This document shows positions 25,029 to 34,956 of a stretch of 64,000 nt of DNA, piece by piece (positions within the stretch are counted from its first letter, which is position 1; each line of letters starts with the position of its first letter). Origin of the DNA: Planctomycetaceae bacterium (lineage in GTDB: Bacteria > Planctomycetota > Planctomycetia > Pirellulales > Lacipirellulaceae); contig PABB01000072.1 of the NCBI GenBank assembly GCA_002702655.1, positions 1 through 64,000 of the forward strand, given 5' to 3'. A program made the translations under genes and the position numbers. The notes under the pieces are model-generated. The model was not told where the DNA came from. It did not search any database and saw nothing but the letters and a program-made list of their open reading frames with translations.

Positions 25029-28000
25029 CAACACTCGCCGATTTCCTACGCGACCGTTTCGAGGTCGACGGCTTCACGACCGAAGACGCGCTGGCCAGCT
25101 TCCTACCCCTGGCGCGGGAGGTCCTCGACGCCCACGCGGCGGGCATGGCCGCGCCATTGGACGGCCTCGACGAACTCCGTGTCGAGGGCGTGCGGATCTG
25201 GTTTGAAGAGGCCAAACGACGGGAAGTCCGCCGCGTCAGCAGTGACTTGCAGCGGATCGAACGGGCGGGCCGAGCGGCCGTCGAGATCGTCTCGGAGACG
25301 CGCATTACAACCGAACTGGACGACGGCGTCGAAAAGGTCGTCGACCTGGCGATTGGCGACGCCGACGAGACGCCGACGCGGCCGATTTATCTGCCGGGCT
25401 ATCGCTGCTGGGAGCACCGGCTGGGCGTCCACGACCCGCTGACGGACGTCTTTGCCCTGGGCATGATCCTGGCGAGCCTGGCGTGCGGGCTCGACTTCTT
25501 TGACAAAGAGCAACTCGAAGAGTTTGTCGCCCACCGCAAGAACCTCTTCGCGCTCAACTCCGGCCTGCACCCGGTTATTGCGCGCGTGATCGTGCGGATG
25601 ACCCAGCTCGATCGGCGGGACCGCGCGCAGGACCTCGCGTCGCTGGTCAAGACGCTCCAGAGCTACCGCGACCAGGAAGTCGACTTCGAGTTCGATCTTG
25701 CGCACTCCTCGGAATTCGCCAAGGGATCGAAACGCGACCGGCAAACGGTCATCCTCGCCAAGCTCCGCGAGCGGCTCTTCGAGATTTCCCGCCGCAACAA
25801 GCTGCTGCATTTTCGGCCGACGATGCAGAGCGTGAACCTCACGCACGCGTCGGTGCCGTTGTCCTTCGACATCCAGAGCATCCGCCCCGGGCAGATCCTG
25901 GTCTGGAACGATCGGTTGCATCGCGAGGTGACAGGCGGCAAGCCGATCTCGTTGAACAAGTACCTGAATTTCTCGGAGGTCCTCTACCTGCCAAGCCAGC
26001 TGGAGCGGTTGATCGCCGAGGCCCGGCGCGACCAATCCGAATTCGGCTTCGCCCAGCTGCGGCTGGTGATCTGCTTCTTGCACTGGGCCAACCTCAAGGA
26101 AAAACCGGTCGAGCAGTACGACTCGCCGCTGGTGCTGCTGCCGGTCCAGCTGCGCAAGAAGAAGGGGATCCGCGACACCTACTACCTGGACGTCGTCTCG
26201 ACCGAGGCCGAAATCAATCCAGTGATCCGGCACCAATTCAAGCAGCTGTACGACATCTCCCTGCCCGAGTCGATCGACTTGGCCACGTCGTCGCTCGACG
26301 GGCTGTTTGAACTGCTGTCGCGCAAGATCGCGGCGTCCGAGTCGGCGGTGAATCTCACCAAGATCGATCGTCCGCGTATTGCGCTGATCCACGAGAAGGC
26401 CCGCCGCAAGCTGGACCAGTACCGCCGCCGTGCGCGGCTGGCCGGTCGCGGGGTCCGCAAGTACCTCGATCTCGACTACAGCTACGACCCGGCCAACTAC
26501 CACCCGCTGGGGATCAAGTTGTTCGGGGCCAAGGTGCGGCCCGCGCAGACCCACCTCCGCGAGATCATCGAAGAGAAGCCCCGGCCCAGGACGTTTGCGA
26601 CCGCCGAGCCGGACCCGCCCGTTGCCGAGAAGGAGCGACAGTTCTATGCGTTGCAATCGGGCGGCGAGGCGAACCCCTATGACTGGACGTTCGACCTGTG
26701 CAGCGTAACGCTCGCGAATTTCAAGTACCGCCGCATGTCCCTGGTGCGGGACTACGAAGCGCTATTGGGCGATGGGCTGACGAACCCCGCGTTCGAGGCG
26801 ACGTTCTCCCTGGCGCCGCGCCCGATCGACAACCAGCCGCTCGACGCCCGCGCGTTGGCGGACCGCTTCGACGTGGTGCCCTGCGATCCGACGCAGGCCC
26901 GCGCGATCGCCGAGGCCGAGCTGGGCAAGAGCTTCATTATCCAGGGCCCGCCGGGCACGGGGAAATCGCAGACGATCACCAACCTGATCGCCGACTACGT
27001 CGCGCGGGGCAAACGCGTCCTGTTCGTGTGCGAGAAGCGGGCCGCGATCGACGTGGTCTATGCGCGATTACGGCAGTGCGGCCTGGCCGACCTCTGCTGC
27101 CTGATTCACGACTCGCAGACCGACAAGAAAGAGTTCGTGATGGACCTCAAGCAGTCTTACGAGAAGCTGCTTGAATCGCCGCAAACAAAGTCCCAGGCGG
27201 CTGGCCGGGGCGAGATGATCCAGCAATTGAGCCGGACAATTACGCCGCTGGATCGATTCAGCGCTGCGATGCAGTCAGATCGCCCGGAGCTTGGGACGTC
27301 CGCCCGCGATCTGTTGGACCGCTGCATTGAGCTCCGCCGCGATCTGCCTGAGTTGGATGCCCTCACCCGCGAACAGCTCCCGACGCACGCTGAGTGGCTT
27401 GCCAGCCGGTCCGCAGTGGGGCGTTTCGAACGCGCCCTGGCCGACGCGGGGGGCGGAAAGGTGCTCGCCGAGCATCCCATGCGCATCCTGTCACCGCGGC
27501 TTGCCTCCGAGGAGCACCCGCTGGAGACGATTTCCCACTGCGTGCGTGAAGCTATCCCGCAGTTGGACCAAGCGGAACAATTGCTCGGCCGGTGCGGCGT
27601 GCCTCGTAGCGGGTGGGAACCGTTGGAGCGGGCGGTGCAGCTTACGCAATTCGCGTCTCGACTCAAGGAAGTGGCCGAGGCGGGTCTGGTGCACCTCTTG
27701 GATCCCCAGCACGAGCAGGCCAGGTGGCTGGGCGAGCAGGTCAAGGCCCTGCAGAAGTCCAAGCAGGCGGTTACAGTGGCCGAGCAGGTGAACGTCAACT
27801 GGGCGGAGAAACTGACCGCCGAGGAGACGGGGCTCGCCCTGGAGCAGGCCCGACAATTCGAGCAAGCGAGGTTCGCTTGGCTCTCGCCCGCTTGGTGGCG
27901 GCTGCGCAGCGTTCTGAAGCGTGGTTACCGCTTCGGGGCCCACAAGATTCGGCCGCCTTGGTCGCGAGTCCTTGAGCAACTCGCCAGCGAGCATGAAGCG

Positions 28001-30538
28001 GTCGCAGCTCGGCGTCGTCTGTTGCAAGAGACGGCCGACCGCTTGGGGGTGGACGTCGAAGCTGCGCCGGGGCTGATCGAAACCATTGGCGAGGTCTCCA
28101 CGCACGCCCCGAAGCTTCCCCGTTGGCTCTCCGCGGTTCACGCCGCGCTCGTGAAGTCGCCGCGGGCGGGCGAGATCGTCGCGCGGGTGCTCCAAGCGAA
28201 GACCGCCGTAGAATCCGCTCACGGGCAGCTGGCGAGGATCTCCGACTCGGCCGCTCAGCTGCCGCTTGCTGAGTTGAAGAGTTCCCTTAAGCACGTTAGC
28301 AACAACCTCGAATCTGTTCCCGACTTTCTGGAGTGCATCCGCGAACTGCGGGCGACTCCGCAGGCGGTCGCCGCCGCCCTGCGGACGCTGCCGCATACAC
28401 CGCGCGAAATCGAAGCGGCCGTAGCGGACCGCGGCCTCGCCGAGCTGTATCGGCAGGACAAGCAGTTCGAACGGTTCACCGCCAGAACCCGCCACGCGCT
28501 GGCCTCGCGCCTGGAGGGGAGTTACGACCAATGGCTCGGGCTCAATGCGGCCGAGATCCGTGATCGCGTGCGGCGCCAGTTCCTCAAGAGCCTGCACGTC
28601 ACTGAGCAGCCGGCGGCAAAGCTGTCGGCGGAAGAGAAGGAGTTCAAGCGACGCTACAACCGGGGCCGCCGGGAACTGGAGCACGAGTTCGGCAAGCAGA
28701 TGCGCTACAAGGCGATCCGCGACTTGGTCAGCGACGAGTCGGGCGACGTGGTCAACGACCTGAAGCCGGTCTGGCTGATGAGCCCGTTGAGCGTTTCGGA
28801 CACGCTACCGCTCTCGCCAGACCGGTTCGACGTAGTCATCTTCGACGAGGCGAGTCAGATCACGCTCGAAGAGGCGGTGCCTGCGCTGTTTCGCGCCGCG
28901 CAGTCGATCATCGTTGGCGACGAGATGCAGCTGCCGCCGACCGACTTTTTTTCCGCGAAGCAGTCGGCCGAGGAAGAGGAGGAATTGCTCGTCGAGTCGG
29001 ATGGGGAACTCGTGCAGTACGACCTCGATTCGGGCAGCTTCCTCAGCCACGCTGCGAAGAACCTTCCTTCGACGATGCTCGGTTGGCACTACCGCAGCCG
29101 GAGCGAATCGCTGATCAGTTTCTCGAACTGGGCATTTTACGACGGCCGGCTGCTGACGGTCCCGGAGGAGTCGCTCGCCAATGTCCAGCGGGAGCCGATC
29201 GTCGCCGAATCGCCGGAGCACGGCGCGGTTGGCGCTCAGGAGGCGTTAGCCCGCCCCATTAGCTTCCACCTCCTGCGGCACGGCGTCTATGACAAGCGTC
29301 GCAATCGCGCCGAGGCAGAATACATCGCCGAGATGGTGCGGCAAGTGTTGACCGACTCGCCGCAGCAGACGATCGGGATCGTGGCGTTCTCCGAGGCGCA
29401 GCAGGACGAGATCGAGCAAGCGCTCACGCGCCTGGCAGCCGACGACAAGCCTTTTGGCGAAGCCTTGGAGCAGGCCTACGAGCGGGAGGACGACGGGCAG
29501 TTCGTCGGACTGCTGGTCAAGAACCTGGAGAACATCCAAGGGGACGAGCGGGACATCATTATCCTCAGCGTTTGCTACGGTCGTCCCCCGACGGGCAAGA
29601 TGCGGATGAACTTCGGGCCCATAAACAAGAGCGGCGGCGAGAAACGGCTGAACGTCGCCTTCTCCCGCGCCAAGCAGTACATGGCAGTCGTCAGCTCGAT
29701 TGAGTCGACTGAGATCACTAACGACTACAACGACGGCGCCAACTGCCTGAAGAGCTACCTGCGCTACGCCGAGGCGGTGTCGGCCGGGGATGCGGAGGCG
29801 GCCGCAAGGGTTACGAGAAGTCTCTCCCGTTGGACGCACGACGAACAGGACCAGGCGACGCCCGCAAGGGAACTGCTCGCCGAGCAGCTGGCCGAGCGAC
29901 TCGCGGCCGCGGGCTATCAGGTGGATCACGCCGTGGGGCAGTCCCATTTCCGGTGTGATTTAGCCGTTCATCGCGAGGGAGATTCCGTCTATCGACTTGG
30001 CATCCTCATCGACGGCTGCGGTTACTACGAGCAGTCGGATCTGCTCGAACGCGACATGATGCGCCCCCGGCTGCTGCGTGCGTTCGGCTGGCGGATTGTG
30101 CATGTCCTGGCGAAGGACTGGTACGCCGACAGTCAGGATGTAATGGATCGACTTGTCGCCATCCTTGAAGGGGGTGAGATTGACGACGACGAAGACGTCG
30201 ACCTTGAGCTGGATGACCTCGATGTCACCAATGACTCGACTGCGATCGAGGAAGACGCCGACGCATCCGCAGGGGGCGATACGAATCAGCAAGGTGGCGA
30301 TTCGGACGCGGCTGGCTCAAGCAGCCAAGGCTCGCGCCGATTCGAACTGCGAGATGGCAAGTCGAGCAAGTTCTGGGAAATCTCTCTCGCGGGCGAGCAG
30401 CATTCGGTCACGTTCGGACGAATCGGGACGACCGGCCAGACTCGTACAAAGTCGTTCAACGACGAAGCGGCGGCTCGCAGAGACTGCGAGCGACTTATTC
30501 GCGAGAAGACGAAGAAGGGCTATGTCGAGGTCGACTAG
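25025..30538 (+). CDS. DUF4011-family Upf1-like SF1 helicase with C-terminal DUF559/MTES-like endonuclease domain and terminal WGR domain
   Basis: 1837 aa with an N-terminal DUF4011-like region (LRLVICFLHWANLKE) and an AAA_11/AAA_12 helicase core (GPPGTGKSQT, DEASQ, VGDEMQLPP, GDERD). DUF559-like block GYQVDHAVG...RLGILIDGCGYYEQ...GWRIVHV. An acidic linker is followed by a WGR domain (SKFWEISL...GRIGTTGQTRTKSF...LIREKTKKGY). Confidence 0.85.
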   Translation: MTTLADFLRDRFEVDGFTTEDALASFLPLAREVLDAHAAGMAAPLDGLDELRVEGVRIWFEEAKRREVRRVSSDLQRIERAGRAAVEIVSETRITTELDDGVEKVVDLAIGDADETPTRPIYLPGYRCWEHRLGVHDPLTDVFALGMILASLACGLDFFDKEQLEEFVAHRKNLFALNSGLHPVIARVIVRMTQLDRRDRAQDLASLVKTLQSYRDQEVDFEFDLAHSSEFAKGSKRDRQTVILAKLRERLFEISRRNKLLHFRPTMQSVNLTHASVPLSFDIQSIRPGQILVWNDRLHREVTGGKPISLNKYLNFSEVLYLPSQLERLIAEARRDQSEFGFAQLRLVICFLHWANLKEKPVEQYDSPLVLLPVQLRKKKGIRDTYYLDVVSTEAEINPVIRHQFKQLYDISLPESIDLATSSLDGLFELLSRKIAASESAVNLTKIDRPRIALIHEKARRKLDQYRRRARLAGRGVRKYLDLDYSYDPANYHPLGIKLFGAKVRPAQTHLREIIEEKPRPRTFATAEPDPPVAEKERQFYALQSGGEANPYDWTFDLCSVTLANFKYRRMSLVRDYEALLGDGLTNPAFEATFSLAPRPIDNQPLDARALADRFDVVPCDPTQARAIAEAELGKSFIIQGPPGTGKSQTITNLIADYVARGKRVLFVCEKRAAIDVVYARLRQCGLADLCCLIHDSQTDKKEFVMDLKQSYEKLLESPQTKSQAAGRGEMIQQLSRTITPLDRFSAAMQSDRPELGTSARDLLDRCIELRRDLPELDALTREQLPTHAEWLASRSAVGRFERALADAGGGKVLAEHPMRILSPRLASEEHPLETISHCVREAIPQLDQAEQLLGRCGVPRSGWEPLERAVQLTQFASRLKEVAEAGLVHLLDPQHEQARWLGEQVKALQKSKQAVTVAEQVNVNWAEKLTAEETGLALEQARQFEQARFAWLSPAWWRLRSVLKRGYRFGAHKIRPPWSRVLEQLASEHEAVAARRRLLQETADRLGVDVEAAPGLIETIGEVSTHAPKLPRWLSAVHAALVKSPRAGEIVARVLQAKTAVESAHGQLARISDSAAQLPLAELKSSLKHVSNNLESVPDFLECIRELRATPQAVAAALRTLPHTPREIEAAVADRGLAELYRQDKQFERFTARTRHALASRLEGSYDQWLGLNAAEIRDRVRRQFLKSLHVTEQPAAKLSAEEKEFKRRYNRGRRELEHEFGKQMRYKAIRDLVSDESGDVVNDLKPVWLMSPLSVSDTLPLSPDRFDVVIFDEASQITLEEAVPALFRAAQSIIVGDEMQLPPTDFFSAKQSAEEEEELLVESDGELVQYDLDSGSFLSHAAKNLPSTMLGWHYRSRSESLISFSNWAFYDGRLLTVPEESLANVQREPIVAESPEHGAVGAQEALARPISFHLLRHGVYDKRRNRAEAEYIAEMVRQVLTDSPQQTIGIVAFSEAQQDEIEQALTRLAADDKPFGEALEQAYEREDDGQFVGLLVKNLENIQGDERDIIILSVCYGRPPTGKMRMNFGPINKSGGEKRLNVAFSRAKQYMAVVSSIESTEITNDYNDGANCLKSYLRYAEAVSAGDAEAAARVTRSLSRWTHDEQDQATPARELLAEQLAERLAAAGYQVDHAVGQSHFRCDLAVHREGDSVYRLGILIDGCGYYEQSDLLERDMMRPRLLRAFGWRIVHVLAKDWYADSQDVMDRLVAILEGGEIDDDEDVDLELDDLDVTNDSTAIEEDADASAGGDTNQQGGDSDAAGSSSQGSRRFELRDGKSSKFWEISLAGEQHSVTFGRIGTTGQTRTKSFNDEAAARRDCERLIREKTKKGYVEVD

Positions 30539-30619
30539 GTTTCTTCTCTGAGGGGTGTCAAGGTGATGACAGGTAGGTAAGGCACTTCATCAGGCGATCT
30601 TTACCACTGCCTGGCACGG

Positions 30620-31792
30620 TCAAGCTATTCGTTTAGTTGGTGACGCGGGCGACCACCCGCCCAGGACTGCCTCAACCTCAGCCTCGTAGGCGTTCACGCC
30701 GCGGTGGACGACGTTCGGCAGCAGGTCGCCAAAGGCGTTGATTTCAAGCAGGTAGTGCGATCGAAACCCAGGCGTAAAGAGCACGTCTAATCCGAGATGG
30801 AGCGACTCTGGGAACAACCGAGCGCACCTCCGGCATGTTTCCCACAATTGACGCTGCTGCTCTTCCGGGATACGGCGCCAGAACTCCTCGATGTCGCCGC
30901 GACGGTTGCCAAGGTGAAGGTTCGTAAGCGGAGAGCGACTCGTTCGGACGACGGTATGGCGGGGCTCGCCCGCGATGACCAGCAAACGCAAGTCGCACAC
31001 CCTCCCGGACAAAGAGGCTTTGGGCAACCACTGCTCCGCGCAGGCTCGATGAGCGGCCAGCGCGTCGATCAGCTGCTGAACTTCCTCCGTGCTCGTGTAG
31101 CGTTTGATCTTGAGCGAATTGTACATCTCCACGGCCCGGGCGCCTTGCACGACTTCCACCGACGTCGTCGCCGAGACTTCGCCTCGGCGTCGGTGGAGTG
31201 CGACGACGCCGCTGGCGGAGGAGCTGTTGGCCAGCTTCACGAAGACGCGTTCGATGCCCTGATCCGACATCTTCTGGCAGAGCTCATCAAAACCGGAGAT
31301 GACGCCAAGTGGCGTGGGCGTGGGAATGCCGGCCTGGCGACACCGCGTCTGACAGAGCGGCTTGTCGAACTGCAATGCGAGCGCATCGGCCGTGGTCGTC
31401 CACAGCTGCTCGGATGACTCCGAGCAGGTCGCGGCCCAGTCCCTCATCGACGTGACGTACCCCAGGTACCACTGCCGCGGCGCGATGATTCTGCCGTGAT
31501 CTCGCGGCAGTTGCGAGAGCGTCTGACCGGCATAGATACACGAGTTCTCACGCTTCGCCGCAGACTCGCCCGCTTGCACCAACAGGTGCTCGACGGCTAG
31601 GTTCTCCCCGGGGGACTCCACGCGGACAATCGCACTGCGTGGCAGGGATTGCAGGGCCGTACTGTCCGCCAGCAAGTCCTCGTAGCTCAGCACGACCGCC
31701 GGCGCCAATCCGCGGCTCTTCAGCGCGTGCTGAAATCCTGCGACCCGTCGGTTCTCCGGGTTGCCGATGATCGCCCACGGGCGCTGGGCCAT
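30620..31792 (-). CDS. ATP-grasp fold protein, STM4014-like
   Basis: ATP-grasp-like C-terminal LEINAFGDL. Neighbourhood matches the STM4011-STM4015 family set. Confidence 0.55.
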   Translation of the reverse strand: MAQRPWAIIGNPENRRVAGFQHALKSRGLAPAVVLSYEDLLADSTALQSLPRSAIVRVESPGENLAVEHLLVQAGESAAKRENSCIYAGQTLSQLPRDHGRIIAPRQWYLGYVTSMRDWAATCSESSEQLWTTTADALALQFDKPLCQTRCRQAGIPTPTPLGVISGFDELCQKMSDQGIERVFVKLANSSSASGVVALHRRRGEVSATTSVEVVQGARAVEMYNSLKIKRYTSTEEVQQLIDALAAHRACAEQWLPKASLSGRVCDLRLLVIAGEPRHTVVRTSRSPLTNLHLGNRRGDIEEFWRRIPEEQQRQLWETCRRCARLFPESLHLGLDVLFTPGFRSHYLLEINAFGDLLPNVVHRGVNAYEAEVEAVLGGWSPASPTKRIA

Positions 31793-32730
31793 TATTCGCC
31801 GACCGCGACGTAGCGGTGCGGCTCGCCATCCCAGTCATCCGGCTGCTGGACGTCGTCCGCGTTGACTGCAGGAACCACGGACTTGAGTTGCGATACGGCC
31901 TCAGCGGACATGTAGTGGAAGTGCATATCGAGAACCTTAAGCTGTCCCAGCCAAGGACAGCCGGAAAGGGCGCTGGCCCCTTCGTCACCCAATGTCCCCA
32001 ACGACAGGTCGAGGGTCTTCAGGGTCGGCGGGACAGATGTCTCCGCGAGGAGCTTGGCCGTAGCGTCGGCGTTGCAGTCATCCCGCAGGCCGAGATAGGT
32101 GAGCCGACTACACGCCCCGCTGGAGAGGAGGCCGCGCAGGTCGTCTTCCGAGACGTCGTTGCCATAGCCATCGTCCCCCAGCCACAGCTCAAGGTGCACG
32201 AGCTCGGGAAACTCGCCCGAGGCCACCTCGCGAACGATTGCGCCGCTCATTCCCCCGGTTTCGATCACCAATTTGCGAAGGGCTTTGTGCCGCGGCTTGC
32301 CTAGTCGTAGATCGTTGCCTCCTCTGATGCAGAATGTTTCCAGCAACGGAAAGGCTTCGAAGATGGGAGACACATCGCTCTGGGTGATCCAGGAGATTTC
32401 GGACTCCTCCATCGTCATCTCGCCAAGGAACAGATGACGAAGGTTGGGCAATCGGTCTCGTGCGCTCACTAGCGCCTCCACGACTGGCCCCGAGTCATTA
32501 CCCTCGCCAGTGCCGCCCCAGTCGCCTATTAGAAGGGCAAGCACTTCGGCGGACCCGGGCGCATCGAGAAATGCCGCGAAGAGGTCGAGGAAAGACTGGC
32601 CCGAATCATGGGCCTCCCAGTCCAGCGCGATGCGGATCGCCTTCGATCCGTCCGACGGTAAAGCGGAATCGCACGAAAAGTCGACTACAGGCAAACCCTG
32701 GAACTCATCCAAGTGAGCGTTGATGGTCAT
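31792..32730 (-). CDS. leucine-rich-repeat-like protein, STM4015-like
   Basis: Repeated LxxLxL segments. Start chosen at MTINAHLDEF. Abuts the ATP-grasp gene. Confidence 0.5.
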   Translation of the reverse strand: MTINAHLDEFQGLPVVDFSCDSALPSDGSKAIRIALDWEAHDSGQSFLDLFAAFLDAPGSAEVLALLIGDWGGTGEGNDSGPVVEALVSARDRLPNLRHLFLGEMTMEESEISWITQSDVSPIFEAFPLLETFCIRGGNDLRLGKPRHKALRKLVIETGGMSGAIVREVASGEFPELVHLELWLGDDGYGNDVSEDDLRGLLSSGACSRLTYLGLRDDCNADATAKLLAETSVPPTLKTLDLSLGTLGDEGASALSGCPWLGQLKVLDMHFHYMSAEAVSQLKSVVPAVNADDVQQPDDWDGEPHRYVAVGE

Positions 32731-32836
32731 GCGGCCCTCGCACAGGACGGGTGTTAGATTGGCTAACCAAGGACCGTAGTGTACAACAAAGCCTACGGTC
32801 GTGGTACTAAAGCCCCTGCGTGGAGAGGAGCATAGA

Positions 32837-33133
32837 ATGTGGCGACATGGCGATGTCTTTATCGAGAAAGCTGGCAGCGTTCCGCCGTCGGCAGCGGAAC
32901 TGCCACACTGTATCCTCGCCAAGGGGGAACTGACGGGGCATGCGCATCGAGTCGAACCTCGCGGCGCCGCAACGCTCTACCGGTCCGGCGATTCGCTTTA
33001 CCTCCGGGTGACAGCGGACCGAGCTACGCTGATGCACGAGGAGCATGCTCCGATCAACCTCGATAAGGGCGTCTATCGCGCCTGGATTCAACGCGAGTAC
33101 TCTCCACAAGAGATCCGCCGCGTAGTCGACTGA
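32837..33133 (+). CDS. hypothetical small protein
   Basis: GGAGAGGAG SD before the ATG at 32837. 98 aa. Confidence 0.35.
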   Translation: MWRHGDVFIEKAGSVPPSAAELPHCILAKGELTGHAHRVEPRGAATLYRSGDSLYLRVTADRATLMHEEHAPINLDKGVYRAWIQREYSPQEIRRVVD

Positions 33134-34120
33134 ATGATGGGCGGTGGCATGTTTCGATGGCTCTACGAGCGGATCAAAGACTTTCAGGCGACGAGGGAGC
33201 TGGCGCGAGCTTACAAGGACGGCTTCCACTTCGATGCGGACGAACACAAGAGAAAAGAAGTGGGCAAGAAGATGGAACTGGCGAACTCGCTAGCCCCCAA
33301 CTCGCGGCGCACTTCTCTTGATCTTTCCGAGTCGGACATTGAAGAGCTGCCGGAAGGGCTCACCGTCCAGTTTGGGCTCAACCTCCATGGCTGCCACCGC
33401 CTGAAGCGACTGCCCGCCGGCTTGCGAGTCGGTTCGCTGAACGTCAGCGATTGCCCGGCGCTCGAGGCCTTGCCGGAGGGCATTGAGGCGTCGTTCCTGG
33501 ACATCAGCGATTGCCCGCAACTCGAGGAGTGGCCCATGACAGGCTCGCTGCAAGTAGGTCGGCTGCGAGCGCGCAACTGCCTCGGCATCCGAACGTTGCC
33601 ACTGTGGCTGGGCAGGCTTTCGCAGCTCGACCTCGCGGGTTGCACGCCGATCGCGGAGCTTCCCGAGGGCCTGGAGGTGACCTCTTGGATCGACCTCGCA
33701 GATACCTCGATTCGATCGCTTCCCGCATCACTGACGGGCGTGGGGCTTCGCTGGAGAGGGGTGGCTATCGACCAGCGCATCGCTTTCCGTCCAGTGGAGA
33801 TCACCGCGAACGAGGTGCTCAGCGAACAGAACGCCGAGCTTCGCCGGGTCAAACTTGAGCGGATGGGGTTTGAACGCTTTCTTGCCGAGTCGAATCCCGA
33901 GCTGCTTGACTCCGACGTAGATGCAGGCGGCGAGCGAAAGCTCTTCCGCGTTGAACTCGGAGACGACGAGCCGCTGGTATGCGTCTCGGTGAATTGTCCC
34001 TCGACGGGCCGCCACTACCTGCTCCGAGTGCCCCCTGCCACGACGAGCTGCCGACAGGCGGTTGCGTGGACCGCCGGTTTTGACAACCCGGACGACTATC
34101 GACCGCTCATTGAGACGTAG
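33134..34120 (+). CDS. leucine-rich repeat protein with conserved C-terminal domain
   Basis: Repeated LPEGL/LxxLP LRR units and a C-terminal RHYLLRVPP...AVAWTAGF block. Confidence 0.55.
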   Translation: MMGGGMFRWLYERIKDFQATRELARAYKDGFHFDADEHKRKEVGKKMELANSLAPNSRRTSLDLSESDIEELPEGLTVQFGLNLHGCHRLKRLPAGLRVGSLNVSDCPALEALPEGIEASFLDISDCPQLEEWPMTGSLQVGRLRARNCLGIRTLPLWLGRLSQLDLAGCTPIAELPEGLEVTSWIDLADTSIRSLPASLTGVGLRWRGVAIDQRIAFRPVEITANEVLSEQNAELRRVKLERMGFERFLAESNPELLDSDVDAGGERKLFRVELGDDEPLVCVSVNCPSTGRHYLLRVPPATTSCRQAVAWTAGFDNPDDYRPLIET

Positions 34121-34128
34121 AGGGCGGA

Positions 34129-34956
34129 ATGGTCGACTGGGACATGAATCAGATCGTCGGCGGTCGCGACATCTTCGTGATGACCCTCGACACGCTCCGC
34201 TACGACGTCGCTCAATCATGCTGGCAACGGGGAGCGACCCCGAATCTGGCCAAGGTGATGCCAGCGACGGGCTGGCAGCGCCGTCACTCGCCCGGCAGCT
34301 TCACGTACTCGGCCCACCAAGCGATCTTCGCGGGATTCCTGCCCACCCCGGTCGGGCCCGGCCCGCACCCCCGCTTGTTCGCGGCCAGGTTCGAGGGGAG
34401 CGAAACGACCACCTCCGAAACGTTCGTTTTCGATGAAGCCACGTGGATTGAGGGCCTTGCTGCCGTGGGGTACCACACGGTGTGTATTGGCGGCGTGGGC
34501 TTCTTCAACAAGCAAACCGCTCTCTGCCGCGTGCTGCCCGGGCTGTTCAGCGAGAGCCATTGGTCGCGGGAGATGGGGGTCGCCAGTGCACAGTCGATGG
34601 AGACCCAGGTCCAGTTGGCGGTGGACCGATTGGGCGAGTCCCCGGCGGATCGACGGATTCTGCTGTTTATAAACGCCTCCGCCATTCACCAACCGAATTG
34701 CCTCTTCGGCATGCAAACCGAGGACTCCTGCTCGACGCAAGCCGAGGCGCTGCAGTACGTCGATGCGTGCCTGCCTCCGCTGTTCGAGGCGTTGCGTCGC
34801 CGAGGTCCGTCGTGCTGCTTGATCTTCTCCGATCATGGGACTGCTTATGGAGAGGATGGCTACCATGGGCACCGTCTTGCCCACCAAGTCGTGTGGGACG
34901 TCCCGTACGCTCAGTTCTTGCTCGACGCCGTCGAGGGCGAGGCAGCCAATGTCTAG
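34129..34956 (+). CDS. DUF229/sulfatase-like (alkaline phosphatase superfamily) protein, STM4013-like
   Basis: N-terminal VMTLDTLRYD metal-site motif of the sulfatase/AP superfamily. Confidence 0.65.
   Translation: MVDWDMNQIVGGRDIFVMTLDTLRYDVAQSCWQRGATPNLAKVMPATGWQRRHSPGSFTYSAHQAIFAGFLPTPVGPGPHPRLFAARFEGSETTTSETFVFDEATWIEGLAAVGYHTVCIGGVGFFNKQTALCRVLPGLFSESHWSREMGVASAQSMETQVQLAVDRLGESPADRRILLFINASAIHQPNCLFGMQTEDSCSTQAEALQYVDACLPPLFEALRRRGPSCCLIFSDHGTAYGEDGYHGHRLAHQVVWDVPYAQFLLDAVEGEAANV

Noticed and set aside
25103-26656. 517-aa minus-strand ORF, plus other long antisense ORFs (27491-28684, 29246-29947)
   Set aside because: All lie inside and antisense to the 1837-aa helicase gene, which has unambiguous helicase motifs.
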